Shown: in pieces, positions 12,225 to 24,278 of the stretch
Position numbering within the stretch: position 1 is the first letter of the stretch
Layout of the letters: each line of letters opens with the position of its first letter
Source: Chiloscyllium plagiosum
Lineage: Eukaryota
Length of the DNA: 64,000 nt
NCBI RefSeq assembly: GCF_004010195.1
Contig: NC_057749.1
Span: forward strand, 3,675,595-3,739,594
Direction: 5' to 3'
Notes under the pieces: generated by a model
Database searches by the model: none
What the model saw: only the letters and a program-made list of their open reading frames with translations
Told to the model about the DNA's origin: nothing
Program-made: the position numbers and the translations under genes

Positions 12225-12760
12225 AGTAGTTCATTAGGAAACACTCATGCCTTTGAATCAGAAGATGCATATCCCATTCTATAGAGCTGAGCACATATTC
12301 TGAGCTGACTCTGCCCAGTGCAATGATGAGGAGTTGATGTACTGTTGAAGGTATTGTTTGGATGAGTTTTCATGCTAAGTTCCCATCACCCATCTTGGGT
12401 CACAGCTCCCATGGCATTGTTGAAATCGGTGCCTGGGGAGTCCTTCTCGCTGTTGTGGTCAATATTTGTCGCTTGATCAAACCTGGGCATTATCGCGATA
12501 TTAGGAGAAAGTGAGGATTGCAGATGTTGGAGATCAGAGTCGAGAGAGCGGCGCTGGAAAAGCACAGCAGGTCAGGCAGCATCCGAGGAGCATGACATTC
12601 GGGCATGTGCTCCTGCTCTTGAAGAGCTTATGCTGAAAAGGTCGACTCTCCTGCTCCTCGGATGCTGCCTGACCTGCTGTGCTTTTCCAGCACCGCACTC
12701 GTTATTACAGTATTGTCTTTAAGTGGACCAATGCATTTGCTACTTTGCAAGAGTGACTTT
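12225..12760 (+). mobile_element. ancient Deu-domain-like SINE, interrupted by 12504-12700
   Basis: Decayed motifs (cccatggcattgttgaa..ggggagtcc..ggtcaatattt) resembling the Deu-SINE core; related to 44590-44980. Confidence 0.45.
12504..12700. mobile_element. Penelope-like fold-back insertion (decayed)
   Basis: Inverted arms gctggaaaagcacagcaggtcaggcagcatccgaggagca / tgctcctcggatgctgcctgacctgctgtgcttttccagc, with the ggagaaagtgagg tail on the left arm only. Confidence 0.85.
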
Positions 12761-14149
12761 GGGAAGCAATACCCATCCTCGGATTTGCTGGTGTCAAGAT
12801 TCCATGAGGCCAGTATCAATTCCAAAAGAATTCCTGCCCACTCTGTGTGGGCTCGACTAAATTAGTCTCATTTAAATCAGCGGCTTCTGGGTTCAGAGGC
12901 CAAAATCAGATGATTTTGAACAGGCTGGCACGTATGGTGTGGCTGTAAGCAGGAAATGGAAGCAAGGTAAAGCTCCGTGCTCCCTTGAACTTTGAACTCT
13001 AGACTCTCCTGCCCTGCCCTCTAGCTGTATTCCTGGATTTCCCTCCAGTGTTCACGAGTTGACCAATTGCAGCCTTGTGGTATTCTGAGTGATTCTCTGT
13101 GGGGTAAAGGATGCCAATCTGTGACCACCTTTTGAGTGAAGAAATTTCTCTCCATCTCCATTTTAAATGACCCCCTCCTCCTAGACTCTCGTCGGGGGAA
13201 CGACACACTCTAAGCGTTTACCCTGTTGAGCCTTCACAGAGGTTTATGCATTCGACTGAGGAGCTGTACAGATGCAACTCCTGAAGGGAAGTTCTGCCAG
13301 TATGCCTCCTGCACTCACCATCTCTGAACAAAGTGCATATTTGGCTGATTGATCCTCACTGTATAGAGAATATCTCTGAAGCAGAATGCCTTGTAACAAA
13401 ATTCATTGGACTACAAAATCTGTTTGTCTCAAAAAATGTATTTTCATACTGGAATATAATGTAAATATTTCTGTACCTAAAATTAAAGCCTCGTTCTGCT
13501 TCATGAAGCTATTCCGACTAAACAGTTAGTAAATTGAATCAATGAAATGCGTGGGCAAACATTCACTGCTAACTTGCCGTTCTCAATGTTAACTATTCCT
13601 TTGCACTTATGGTTTCCTGTAGCTGAGCATCAGAGCGCTCCAACAGGTTACAGGACACTGTTTAATGCCTCATAACTCCAAGCTGAGCTGAATAAATCTG
13701 TCCTTCATGTGCAGCACATCTCATTTGTGGAGTATGATGCATGAGAGAGAATTTATCTCCAGGCAGATTCCAGCATCTGAGTGCAAGAAGGCTCCAGCCT
13801 CCTACAATGGCATTGATAGTATCATTTTGGTGCCATTAGGCTGCTCTGGTCGTTACCTTCATAGCATCTGAAATGAACGTATGAAAGATGTGCTGTGGCC
13901 AATATCACAAAAGCTATTTCACTGGAAATGCCACATTAGCTCATATTGTGATGGGAAATCAGGTTATTCGGCTTATATCAAGTCTGTGTTAATGCTCTTC
14001 ACTACACTCCACCTAATCTCCGAAACCATCTCAATGAACACTATCGGGGAATAGTATGCACAGTCGTCAGGCCCTTCGGCCCACCCAGTCTGCACTAATT
14101 GCTATTCTGAACCCCTTTTCCAGCACCTAGTCCAAAGCCTTATATGCCC

Positions 14150-14316
14150 CCACCCCCACCCCATTTATCTCTCAGCCCCCCCTCCACAATCCTGATGAAG
14201 TTCTAATGCGCGAAACGTCGACTCTCCTGCTCCTCAGATGCTGCCTGACCGGCTGTGCTTTTCCAGCACCACACTTTTTGACTCTGATCTCCAGCATCTG
14301 CAGTCCTCACTTTCCT
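14150..14316 (+). mobile_element. Penelope-like 3' terminal fragment with hammerhead core
   Basis: CTGATGA 14192-14198 and GAAA-CGTC 14212-14219 (stem II decayed), then the family tail ending cctcactttcc. Confidence 0.8.
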
Positions 14317-14667
14317 GTTATATACCTCGATAATCCAATTGCACATCTAAATACTTCTTCAACGTTATGATGGTTTCCAGACTCCCACTTCCATCTGAGT
14401 GAAAAGGATATACTCACAATCCTCTCTAAACCTCTTGCCCCTTTACCTCGAGTCTAGGCTCCTCGGTCATTGATTCCTTCATCAAGTTTGAGTATCAGGT
14501 TGATATTCTGCTCCTTTTTTTAATCATCGTCATCTGAGAGTTTTAGATTTTTGCTGGGGTTTTCCAATCCTAACTTCTTCAGAAAGGCAGAGTGTGTTTT
14601 AAATTGAACTGCTTTTTTGTATCGTGTTGTTATGATGGAGAAAGAGGAGCCAGTTCCTTTTTCGATT

Positions 14668-15055
14668 TCTGATTGAATTTGATTTATTATTGTCACGTAC
14701 TGAAATGCAGTGCAAAGTTTTTTGTTTTGTGAGCTATCCAGACAAATCAATTACATAAGTGCATCAAGGCAATAGCACAGAATGCAGAGTATATTATACT
14801 TACAGCAAAGGTGCAGAGCAAGATCAACTCTACTATATGAGAGGTCTGTTCATAAGTCTGATAACAGCAAGGAAGAAACTGTTCCTGAATCTGTTAGTTC
14901 GTGTTTTCAAACTTCTGCCTGATGGAAGAGAGTATAACTGGAATGGGAGAGGCCTATGATTATGTAGGCTGTTTTCCCGAGACAGCGGGAATTGGAGTCA
15001 GTGGAAGGAAGGATGGTTTGCGTGATGGACTGGGCTGCATTCACAACTCTCAGTA
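14668..15055 (-). mobile_element. Rex1/Babar-like LINE 3' fragment
   Basis: Minus translation ILRVVNAAQSITQTILPSTDS..RCLGKTAYII resembles the Rex1 RT C-terminus; 3' tail tgacaataataaatcaaattcaatc. Confidence 0.65.
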
Positions 15056-15208
15056 TTTGATGTGATTTTGCTAAGCGTTCATTCACGAACACACTGAAAA
15101 ACTCCAGGGTAGTTAAGCAGCTTTTTATGTGATCAATGTGTGGCTGGGTAGCTAGCTGAGATAGGAGTGAAATTGATCTGGAGGGTGAGGAGAGGGGTGT
15201 AGGCTGCT

Positions 15209-15330
15209 GGGTTCTGGTCGGGTCAGGAGAGTGAAGAAAGGGGAGTAAGGTGGTGGGTTCTAGTCAGGTCAAGAGGGTGAGAGAAGGAGTGTAAGATGGT
15301 GGGTTCGAATCATGTCAAGTGGGTGAGGTG
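15209..15330 (+). repeat. imperfect G-rich ~46-bp tandem repeat, about 2.6 copies
   Basis: The motif gggttct(g/a)gtc(g/a)ggtca(g/a)gag.gtga..gaa.g..gtaag.tggt recurs. Confidence 0.6.
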
Positions 15331-15529
15331 GGGATGGGCTTTGTATGGGGATATAGTCAGATTACTTTGGGATTGGGAGTTGAAGGGTTAGGGTTTGGAT
15401 GGTGGCGTAACTGCATGTTATTAAGTCAGAGAGTTATCCAGGAGTTAGACTAGGATGTTTCTGTCTAAAGTTTACAGGCAACTACCTAGCTTATTGAAAG
15501 TTGTTGGAGCTGCTCTGATCCCAGGCAAA

Positions 15530-16135
15530 TGGGGATAGGTTTATCACATTCTTGAGTTGTGCCTTGTAGGTGATGGTAGCCAATTGGAAGTCAGGAAGTT
15601 AGTTACTTGCTGCAGAATTCCCAGCCTCTGTTGTAGCCACAGTATGTATTGTTGGCAGTTCAATTTGGTTTCTGGTCAATGGTGACCCACAGAGTGTTGA
15701 CATTTGAAGATTTGGTGATAGTAATGTCATTGAATGTCAGGTGGAGATGGTTGATTCTCTATTATTAGAGCTGGTCACTGTCACACCACTTGCCTGATGC
15801 AAATATTACTTTTGTCTCATCAACCCAAACATGAATGTTGTTTAGGTCTTGATGCATTTGGACAAAGACTTTTAGTATTTGAGGAAGTAGGAAAGGTGCT
15901 GAGCATTATGCAACCATTAGCAAATATCTCCACTCCTGACCTTATGATGGCAGGAAGGTCATTGGTGAGGTAGTTGAAGGAGATTGGGCCTTGGATGCTG
16001 CTCTGATGAGTGCAGTGATATCCTGGAACTGAGATGACTGACCTCCAGCAATCGCAGCCACCTTCCACTCAGTTATTATCATTCCAACTTTTACCTTCTG
16101 ATTACTATTGATGTGGGGCTTGTTTAAGCTTCTTT
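15530..16135 (-). mobile_element. old LINE RT fragment
   Basis: ORF 15820-16068 contains decayed RT motifs (S.QGP..F..L.NDLP...IFANGC, i.e. GS.LGP..NDLP..FADD). Confidence 0.7.
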
Positions 16136-16404
16136 ACTCAAAGACAAACACCAATAGGTCTCCCATTCCAGTTATACTCTCTTCCATCAGGCATAACTCT
16201 CTGTGGAATGGAATCGTGCAGATTCACAATGCTCTGAGCAGAGAAATTTCTCAACTCTCTCTCAAATGGATGTGCCCTTAGCGTAAAATTATGAATCTTA
16301 GATCTAGCTCCCCTAGTCATGAGAAGCTTCAGACTTGTCAAGTTCACTAGGAATTTTCTACTTCTTTATGTGGTCACACCTTGTTCTTCTAAACTCCAGA
16401 GAGG

Positions 16405-16493
16405 TTTCAAAAAGTGTAGTGCTGGAGAAGCACGGCACAGTATCTGAGGAGCAGGAGAGTCGATGTTTCGAGCATGAACTCTTTATCAGGAAT
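16405..16493 (-). mobile_element. short Penelope-like terminal fragment, decayed hammerhead
   Basis: Minus strand reads TTC-CTGATAA-AGAGTTCATGCTC-GAAA-CATC-GACTC. Confidence 0.65.
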
Positions 16494-16799
16494 GACTCCA
16501 GCAAGTATGAATTCAATTTATCTTTGGAGGATAATCGTTGCAAATCTGGCGAATCTAATAACTTGTTTAGCCAATGTATTTAATTTTTGGTACAGGTTAC
16601 AAACTTGCGGGTGATAGTCGTCCATTTAGCATTCTGTAGGCTGTCAAACAATCTTTGATAAGTTGATACACAAAAGACAACTGAGCAATATTTTGACTTG
16701 ATAGATTGTCAGGACGATGAGAATCAAGACCTATTGGTGTAGATAGCAGTTGTAAATAATTGCATGGGTCCAATCAGCAGAGGAGTCCCTTAGGAATTG

Positions 16800-17004
16800 G
16801 TTGAAACTTTATTGCTGGAACAGCACAGCAGGTCAGGCAGCATCCAGGGAACAGGAGATTCGACGTTTCGGGCACAGGCCCTTCTTCAGGCCTGTGCCCG
16901 AAACGTCGAATCTCCTGTTCCCTGGATGCTGCCTGACCTGCTGTGCTGTTCCAGCAATAAAGTTTCAACTTTGATCTCCAGCATCTGCAGACCTCACTTT
17001 CTCC
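16800..17004. mobile_element. young Penelope-like fold-back insertion with perfect 81-bp inverted arms
   Basis: Arms 16800-16880 and 16889-16969, tail 16970-17004. TSD ccttaggaattggt at 16788-16801 and 17003-17016. Confidence 0.93.
16857..16890 (-). ncRNA. minimal type-I hammerhead ribozyme core (stem I disrupted)
   Basis: CUGAAGA-A-GGGC-CUGU-GCCC-GAAA-CG-UC-GAAUC. All core nucleotides are present, with palindromic ACGU. Confidence 0.7.
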
Positions 17005-17518
17005 TTAGGAATTGGTGTCAGTATTATCCTTCTTTACCTACCTCATCAGTAATCTCGATGTATGTGAAACATTATCTTCTACAGCCAGACGTCTACCTTG
17101 CTCCCTCATTGGGTAAGACATGAATCAGAGAATAGTTGCAATGCAAATGGAGGTCTTTTGGCCCACTGTGTCAGCATAGATCTCTAAATGAGCATCATGT
17201 GACTTGGCAACACTCTCTCCTGATCTTTCAGTGTAACCTTCCATGCCAGACCATGTGTGGAAGCCTCCTGAGCTGATCTACTGCAATATACTGTGATCTG
17301 TTTATCTAATTATAATAATTATCATTTTAACTTTTTTTTTCTAACTGATACTATGGATCACTGTAAGGTAATGTAACTTTTTTTCTTTTATTTCTCTATT
17401 TTGTATCTAAAATTTATGCCAAGGTATTTTGTACCTAAGATGGTGCCATGAAGAGTGACATTGTAAACTTTTCACTGTAGTTCTGTACTTGAGTACACAT
17501 GACAATAAACTTTAATCT

Positions 17519-18560
17519 AGAGTCATAGAGATGTACAGCATGGAAACAAACCCTTTGGTAAAACTTGTCCATGCCGACCAGATATCCCAATCTAATCAAG
17601 TCGCACTTGCTAGCACCTGACCCATATTCCTCTAAACCCTTCTTATTCATACACCCATCCAGATGCCTTTTAAATGTTGTAATTGTATCAGCCTCCACCA
17701 CTTCCTCAGGTGGCTCATTCCATACATGCACCACCCTCTGCATGAAAAAGCTGCCCCTTAAGTCTCTTTTATATCTTTCTCCTCTCACCCTAAACCTATC
17801 CCCTCTANNNNNNNNNNNNNNNNNNNNNNNNNNNNNNNNNNNNNNNNNNNNNNNNNNNNNNNNNNNNNNNACCAAACGCCTTCTTCACTATCCTATCCAC
17901 CTGCGACTCCACTTTCAAGGAGCTATGAACCTGCAATCCAAGGTCTCTTTGTTCAGCAACACTCCCTCGGACCTTACCATTAAGTGTATAAGTCCTGCTA
18001 AGATCTGCTTTCCCCAAGTGCAACACTTTGCATTTATCTAAATTAAACTTCATCTGTCACTCCTCAGCCCATTGGCCCACCTGATCAAGATCCCATTGTA
18101 ATCTGAGGTAACCCTCTTCACTGTCTACTACACCTCCAATTTTGATGTCTTCTGCAAACCTACTAACTATTCCTCCTATGTTCACATCCAAATCATTTAT
18201 GTAAATGATGAAAAGTAGTGGACTAGCACCAATCCTTGTGGCACTCCACTGATCACAGGCCTCCAGTCTGAAAAGCAACCCTCCACCACCCCCTTCTGTC
18301 TTCTACCTTCGAGCCAGTTCTGTATTCAAGTGGCTAGTTCTCCCTGTATTCTATGAGATCTTGCTAACCAGTCTCCCATGGGCACCCTTGTCGAACGCCT
18401 TACTGAAGTCCATATAGATCACACACACCGCTCTGCCCTCATCAATCCTCTTTGTTACTTCTTCAAAAAACTCAAATCAAGTTTGTGAGACATGATTTCC
18501 CACGCACAAAGCCATGTTGACAATCCCTAATCAATTCTTGCCTTTCCAAATTCATGTAAA
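17519..18560 (-). mobile_element. CR1/HER1 LINE fragment spanning gap 17808-17870
   Basis: Minus ORFs give PLLFIIYINDLD..SRFAEDIKIGG, MKFNLDKCKVLHLG and RGDRFRVRGERYKRDLRG. Confidence 0.92.
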
Positions 18561-18579
18561 TACATCTAAATCTAGCATT

Positions 18580-19070
18580 TTAATTTAAGTATTCATCTAA
18601 TGCCCTCTTGAGTACCCTGATTGAATCTACCTACACCAGACTTTCAGGCGGTAGAGATCCAACTCACTTTCTGGCTGTAAAAGCTTCTTTCCATATCACA
18701 ATTGCTTCCTTTGCAAATCACTTTTAATTCTGTGCCATCTCATTCTTGATTCAGTTACTAGTGGGAACAGTTTTTTTTCCATGTTTACTTTGTCCAGACT
18801 CCTCATAATTTTGAAAACCTTGACCAGATCTCCCTTTAGCCTACTGCTCGGCCAGGAAATTAGATCCAATTTCTCAAATCTGTCTCTGTGAGTGACATTC
18901 CACATCCCTGCGGCCATTCTTGTAAATCTCTTCTGCGCTGCCTTCAAAGCATTCACATCCATTCTGAAGTGTGGTATACAGAATTGTACTCCATACTTCA
19001 GCTGAGGTACAATTAGTGTCATTTACTGATTCAGTATAACTCCTTGCTGTAAGCCCTATTAATAAAGCCT
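18580..19070 (-). mobile_element. older CR1 LINE 3' fragment
   Basis: ORF 18696-19022: PQLKYGVQFCIPHFRMDVNALKAAQKRFTRM..LKGDLVKVFKIM. Confidence 0.85.
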
Positions 19071-20105
19071 AGCCTAAGTTTTGAATATTTCAGTATATTC
19101 TGATTATAGGATCACTGCAGGTAGTGATTAGTTTAAACAGATCCCTCTGCACCTGACATTATTCATCCTTAGCTAGTTGTCTTCCTTGCCTCAGTATTTG
19201 CAATGCTCAGAGTTCAGAAATGTCTTAACTCCGCTGAGTATTCAATGCTTGGAGAATACTTATTCAGAGAAGCTTCAATTCTTTTCCTTACCAGATGTTT
19301 CACCAGCTGCTTTCTTTGTGACTAATTAACATACCATTAAGTGAATTTGCTAGGTCTCTGTATCACAGATGCACTGTTGTGTGAAGAAATATTTATTCTC
19401 ATCTTCAATTGTGCTTGATGCTTGTTAATTTTACACTGTTCCGTCCGTGCTCCATTGACTAACCTGGATCCAGTGCACATTGGTCTTTCCTCTCAGTACT
19501 TTGCGATTGACAATTACACATCCTTTCAATCCACTTCACTCCCCTGAAGAAAGCGAATTAGCTTGTGTGAGTCTCTCTGGACGATTTGTGTCCCTAAATT
19601 CAGGCACCATTTCCTTCATTTAGAGCTCCTTCCTGACATCATTAACTTGGATTTCACATTGAAAACAGACATTTACCTTTGTTATCCCCACATCTCAAAT
19701 GGATCTTTCGACACGATGGCCAACTTCAATTAGATTGCAAGGTCCAGGGCCAATTTTGACTCTTGAATCAAAATATTCTGCCAAGTAGCAGTAAACTGCA
19801 ATCTCCTATTTACTTTGGAAGGGAGCAAATACCTCTCAGTGTGATTAGGTTAAAAGTAAAGTTGCATTTCTTTACAATGAGGTAATTATACAGAAGCAAT
19901 AGGTACACTTCAAGTAACTGCTAATATAGTTTGAGTACACACACTGTTTCAAACCTTTTAAAGTCCTTTCCAAATCACTAAGCTGTGGCTCTGATCATTT
20001 TAACTGCTAGAAACTTCCATGGAAGTTTCTGTGGTAAAGCAGCCCCTCCTGGCACCAGGCAGTCATAGCAAAGGACTTGGTTGTAGAATCATAGGGCAGA
20101 GTTTT

Positions 20106-20430
20106 CATAGAGTCATATGGCAACAGACCCTTCGGTCCAACTCATCCGTGTCGACCATGGTCCGGTATCAAACTAGTCCCACTTGCCTGTGTTCGGCCCA
20201 CATGTTTGCAAATCTTTCCTATCCATATACTTCTTTTAAATGTTGTAACTGTACCAGCTTCCACCACTTCCTCTGCCAGTTCATTCCACATACAAATTAC
20301 TCTGTATTAAAAAGGTTGTCCTTTGTGTCTTCTTAAGTCTTTTTGCTCTCATCTTTACAATGTGCCCCCCCCCCCCTTATTTTGAACTCCCTAACTCTGG
20401 AGTAAAGGACCCTTGCTATTTACCTTTATA
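20106..20430 (-). mobile_element. CR1/HER1 LINE 3' end
   Basis: Colinear with 6905-7240. Confidence 0.75.
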
Positions 20431-21214
20431 GTTTTTTGAATTTTTTTCTTTCAAAGTGATAGGGAAAGGCGAACCCTAGTGAGAATACCCAGTATTACCC
20501 ACCTATCAGCTCATTAATAGGTAAACAAGGGCAAATAGTTTGTCCTATTTAAGGCTTCAGAAGCTGCTGACCAATCAGAGGCTGGTAGCTTCTGAGTCTT
20601 AAAGTCTGCCATTCCAGGCCTATTCCCTGAGGGAATCACTGGAAAGAAGGTAAGTTCTTTTTTCCCTTCTTGAAGTGTTGGGAGTGGGGTTGGGAGGCTC
20701 GGTTTTGAAAGCAAAGATAAAGAGTGTGACTTTCAGAAACCCCTTCTGTTGCCCCATAGGTGTACTTCAGATTGCCCCTAGCAGGGGCATTAAGCCCTGG
20801 ACCCAAACCCATCAGGAAGGGGTCACTATGGTTTCTCATCTGCTGGTGATTCAGGACATTGGAAAGGTGGCAACTTGATACGTCTGAACATGGCACTTAA
20901 TTGAGCAATGCTGATAATTGTGGAAGGTTCCATAGGACCCCTCAGGGGGTGCTTAATTATGGAAGTGTTCAGAAGGGTGAGGTTGCCTATTAATGTACCC
21001 TCCTCGGTACCCCACCCGAGGGAGGGAAAAACCACACTGAGTGTAGTTCAGCACAGAACGAGCTCCTTGCTCCCATTGATTATGCATTGACTCTTTTTGA
21101 CTTTAGGCTGGTTCTTTCTTTTCCCCTGCCCTACAACCTCTCCATCAAATACATAGTACTTTTCAAAAAAGGCCAACATTGGAAGGTAATAGAAAAACTG
21201 CTGTCAAAGGATAA

Positions 21215-21495
21215 TTAGAATCCCTGCAGTGTGGAAGCAGGCCATTCAGTCCATCGAGCCCACCTCTGAAGAGCATCCCACCCAGGTGCAATCCCTACCC
21301 CTAACCCTGTAACCCTGCATTTCCACAGGCCAATCCACCCACCTGCACACCTTTGGACTGTGGAAGAAACTGGATGAAACCCACACAGATGGGGGAGGAA
21401 TGTGTAAACTCCACACAGACAGTCGCCCGAGGGTATAATTGAACCTGGGTCACTAGTACTGTGAGGCAGCTGTGATAACCACTGAGCCACCATGC
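21215..21495 (-). mobile_element. HE1-type V-SINE
   Basis: Full head-to-tail family match on the minus strand. Confidence 0.88.
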
Positions 21496-22184
21496 AGTGC
21501 CCTCCTCTATGTCTTGAGTCAACTGGAGAAGCTTTGCTCTGAAGTGAACACTGGTTGGATTGAGGGGAGCAGCACTTTGGAAGATGGGTAATTTGGAAAC
21601 ACTTCCACCTTCTTCGCTTAACAGACTACTTCATTGTCACTCATCTGTCTGAACATAAACTATTTCTACCATAAACTGTCACTGTTGGCAGTCTATTGAC
21701 TCATTGGTTCATGTACTAGGCTGCCTCAGGATGGATCCACTGTCTGACCCCACACTATGTTTTCATTGCCTTCCCGCACTGTGATAGTTTGCCACATCTC
21801 AGGAGCATAGCTATCCACAGACGGATGTTGCATCCCTTTGGCCTGTTTTGTATCATTGTTTGACCCATTACCAATTTCTGCATCGTTTATCTATCCAGTT
21901 GCTTATGGTCTATAGAGAGCTAACTCTGTTTGGAAAGCCAGTTTGTTCAAAAGAACAACTTTCTTGAAAGGGGTGCAATCTGTTATCTAAGTTCTGAGTA
22001 AAGCAAAATGAGACATAAGGTTTGAAGCATAGGCTGTTCAGGGTGTTGACCATGCATAATAGCCAACCTGGCATTCACTGCTGGCACAAGGTGCCAGGCG
22101 TATGACAGATACCAGAATCCCCCTCCCCAGGGCTCAGCTAGGTGGCAAACGTTGCAATGGAATGATCAGTGACCCCTGCCCCCT

Positions 22185-22480
22185 ACACACAGACACTGAT
22201 ACACATGACAGATGACACACAATACTTACCCACACATGTCACATGATATGTCTCACGCATGCATAGAGATGGCATATGACATGTCACACACATGTCTGTC
22301 ACATGGTGCATGTTACATGCACATCTCACATTACATGACGTGTCACACAAGCACACCTCTCACACAGCACATGACATGCCACATGACGTTACCCATTCAC
22401 CTCCCCCTCATGGCATGTCACCTGCATGTCTCTCATGCACACCTTTCACATGTGCTGCGCATGCATGCCACATGCGTGTT
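22185..22480. repeat. low-complexity CATG/CACA-rich cryptic repeat
   Basis: Dense recurrence of acatg, catgtc and cacac. Confidence 0.8.
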
Positions 22481-23334
22481 GCACTTCAAACCTTCTCTGA
22501 TCCTGTGGGTAGCTACCTTGAATGTCCTCAAGAGATGTCCAAGCACATGGAGGTCTTCCATCATTCCCATTCGCGTCAGCCCACAGTGGCCAAAGATGGT
22601 GTACGTGAACAACCAGATACTGAGGTGCACTACTTCCATGTTGTGGACCAGAGGCTGTGCAAAACTAAGACAACCTGTTTTGACTGAGACAAATGGCCTC
22701 CTGCTGTGCCTCAGTACATAATTAGCTTTATTGATGAAAGCCTCCCATCGACTATGTACTTTGGATGGTCAATAATTGCACTTCAGCTCCTTCATCAATG
22801 TCCAACTGCAATGAGGAAGGGAAATTTCTGTTAGCTTCTGAGATTCTGTATTTGCATTTGTGGAAGGTGAGGACAATGAGCATCCTTCAAAAAAAAAGGC
22901 CAGAGAGTCTGCCATTTATATCCTGATGACTTGTAATCACCGGCTGGGTAGCACTTTGAAAATAATCAATGTTGTATGAGATGTTTAAGAACGTACGCAT
23001 GCTGTGTTTCTGCATTGGTACCAAAAAATTGTCAAAAATATGACAATTCTGCAACACAGGGATTTCCCATTTTAAATTCATAATATGTAAAATTGGCACC
23101 TTTTCATGAGGATGTTCTATTTTGTTTAAGTGTCTCAATATTTCCAACAAGTGCACAAATACCGAATCCGACTTCCACTTGTGTCAAAGCATGGACATCA
23201 AGGGCAGAATGGGTTTTATTCTGCTGTAGATTTCTGTAATTGAAGGATAGCAGTGATTTCTTGAGGCAAAAACGTTCTTAAAACCTGGTTTGTGTTTCTC
23301 AGCATTGGAATCGGAGACTATTGCATATCTTTGA

Positions 23335-23495
23335 AGAGATAGCACAGAAACAGACCTTTGGGTCCAACTCATCCATGCCGACCAAGTTTCCCAAACTAAA
23401 CTAGTCCCATTTGCCTGCATTTGGCCCATATCCCTCTAAATGTTTCCTATTCATCAGTCTGTCCAAATGTCTTTTAAATAGTGTAATTGTACCTG
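23335..23495 (-). mobile_element. CR1/HER1 LINE 3' end
   Basis: Colinear with 6910-7070. Confidence 0.8.
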
Positions 23496-23777
23496 AGACA
23501 GAGCAAGGCACTATCGGATTATTTGAAGAACCAGCATGGATAGGACAGCCCAAATGACTATGGAAACTGAGAGTTCAATGCAAGAGAAAGTAAACTATAT
23601 TTAATCAATGTCTCCCTGAGAGTGTAGTCACGTTTGTATTGGAAGATGCATAGTCCCATGTACTCCTTCAGCACTATACTTGATCCGTGATATTTTAGCC
23701 ACCTCTAGTCACAGTATCCATCTAAAATGTCAATAGCTTCATTCTCTACTTTGCTGGCCCCTCTCTCTCTCTCAAAT

Positions 23778-24062
23778 AGAATCCCTAGAGTGTTGAAGGA
23801 GGCCCTTCGGCCCCTCAAGGCCACACCAACTCTCTGAAGAGCACCCAACGCGACCCCCTCCATTTCCATGGCTGACCTGATCATCCTTAGACACTATGGC
23901 ATGGCCAACCACCTAACCTGCACATCTTTGGACTGTGCAAGGAAACCCAAGCAGACACAGGGAGAAAGTGCCAACTCCACGTGGTCACCCGTGGATGGAA
24001 TCGAACCTGGGTTTTTGATGCAGTAAGGCAGCAGCGCTAACCACTGAGCCACCATGCTGCCC
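23778..24062 (-). mobile_element. HE1-type V-SINE
   Basis: Family head (ggcagcatggtggctcagtggttagc) and core on the minus strand. Confidence 0.85.
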
Positions 24063-24278
24063 ATGTAGGGCCATCTAGGAAATATCCATTTCACATAACG
24101 TCGAGACTGGAAATGGCTGCACAGCTGGCTTTTAATCCTTCGTGGTCAACATTCCAAACAGAGTTTGTGACTCTATTGTGAGAGCCCACTATGTCCCTGG
24201 ACCTCCATAGATAGATGAAGTTAGAATTCAGATTACTGAACTCTCTATTCACTGTTCATGAGACTGTCTGTTTTGAAT

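Noticed and set aside
12023-12244. Poly-His and poly-Met ORFs
   Set aside because: (ATC)12 microsatellite next to a SINE tail.
16800-16969. Hairpins as MITEs or pre-miRNAs
   Set aside because: The asymmetric tail, long 12-15 bp TSDs and continuity with a GIY-YIG element indicate Penelope-type retro-insertions.
20480-21050. GC-richer block (similar block at 32980-33510), possibly a non-autonomous DNA element
   Set aside because: I could not define terminal repeats or TSDs, so it is not reported as a feature.
22212-22721. 169-aa His/Met/Thr-rich ORF
   Set aside because: Product of CATG low-complexity sequence; no recognisable domain or splice context.
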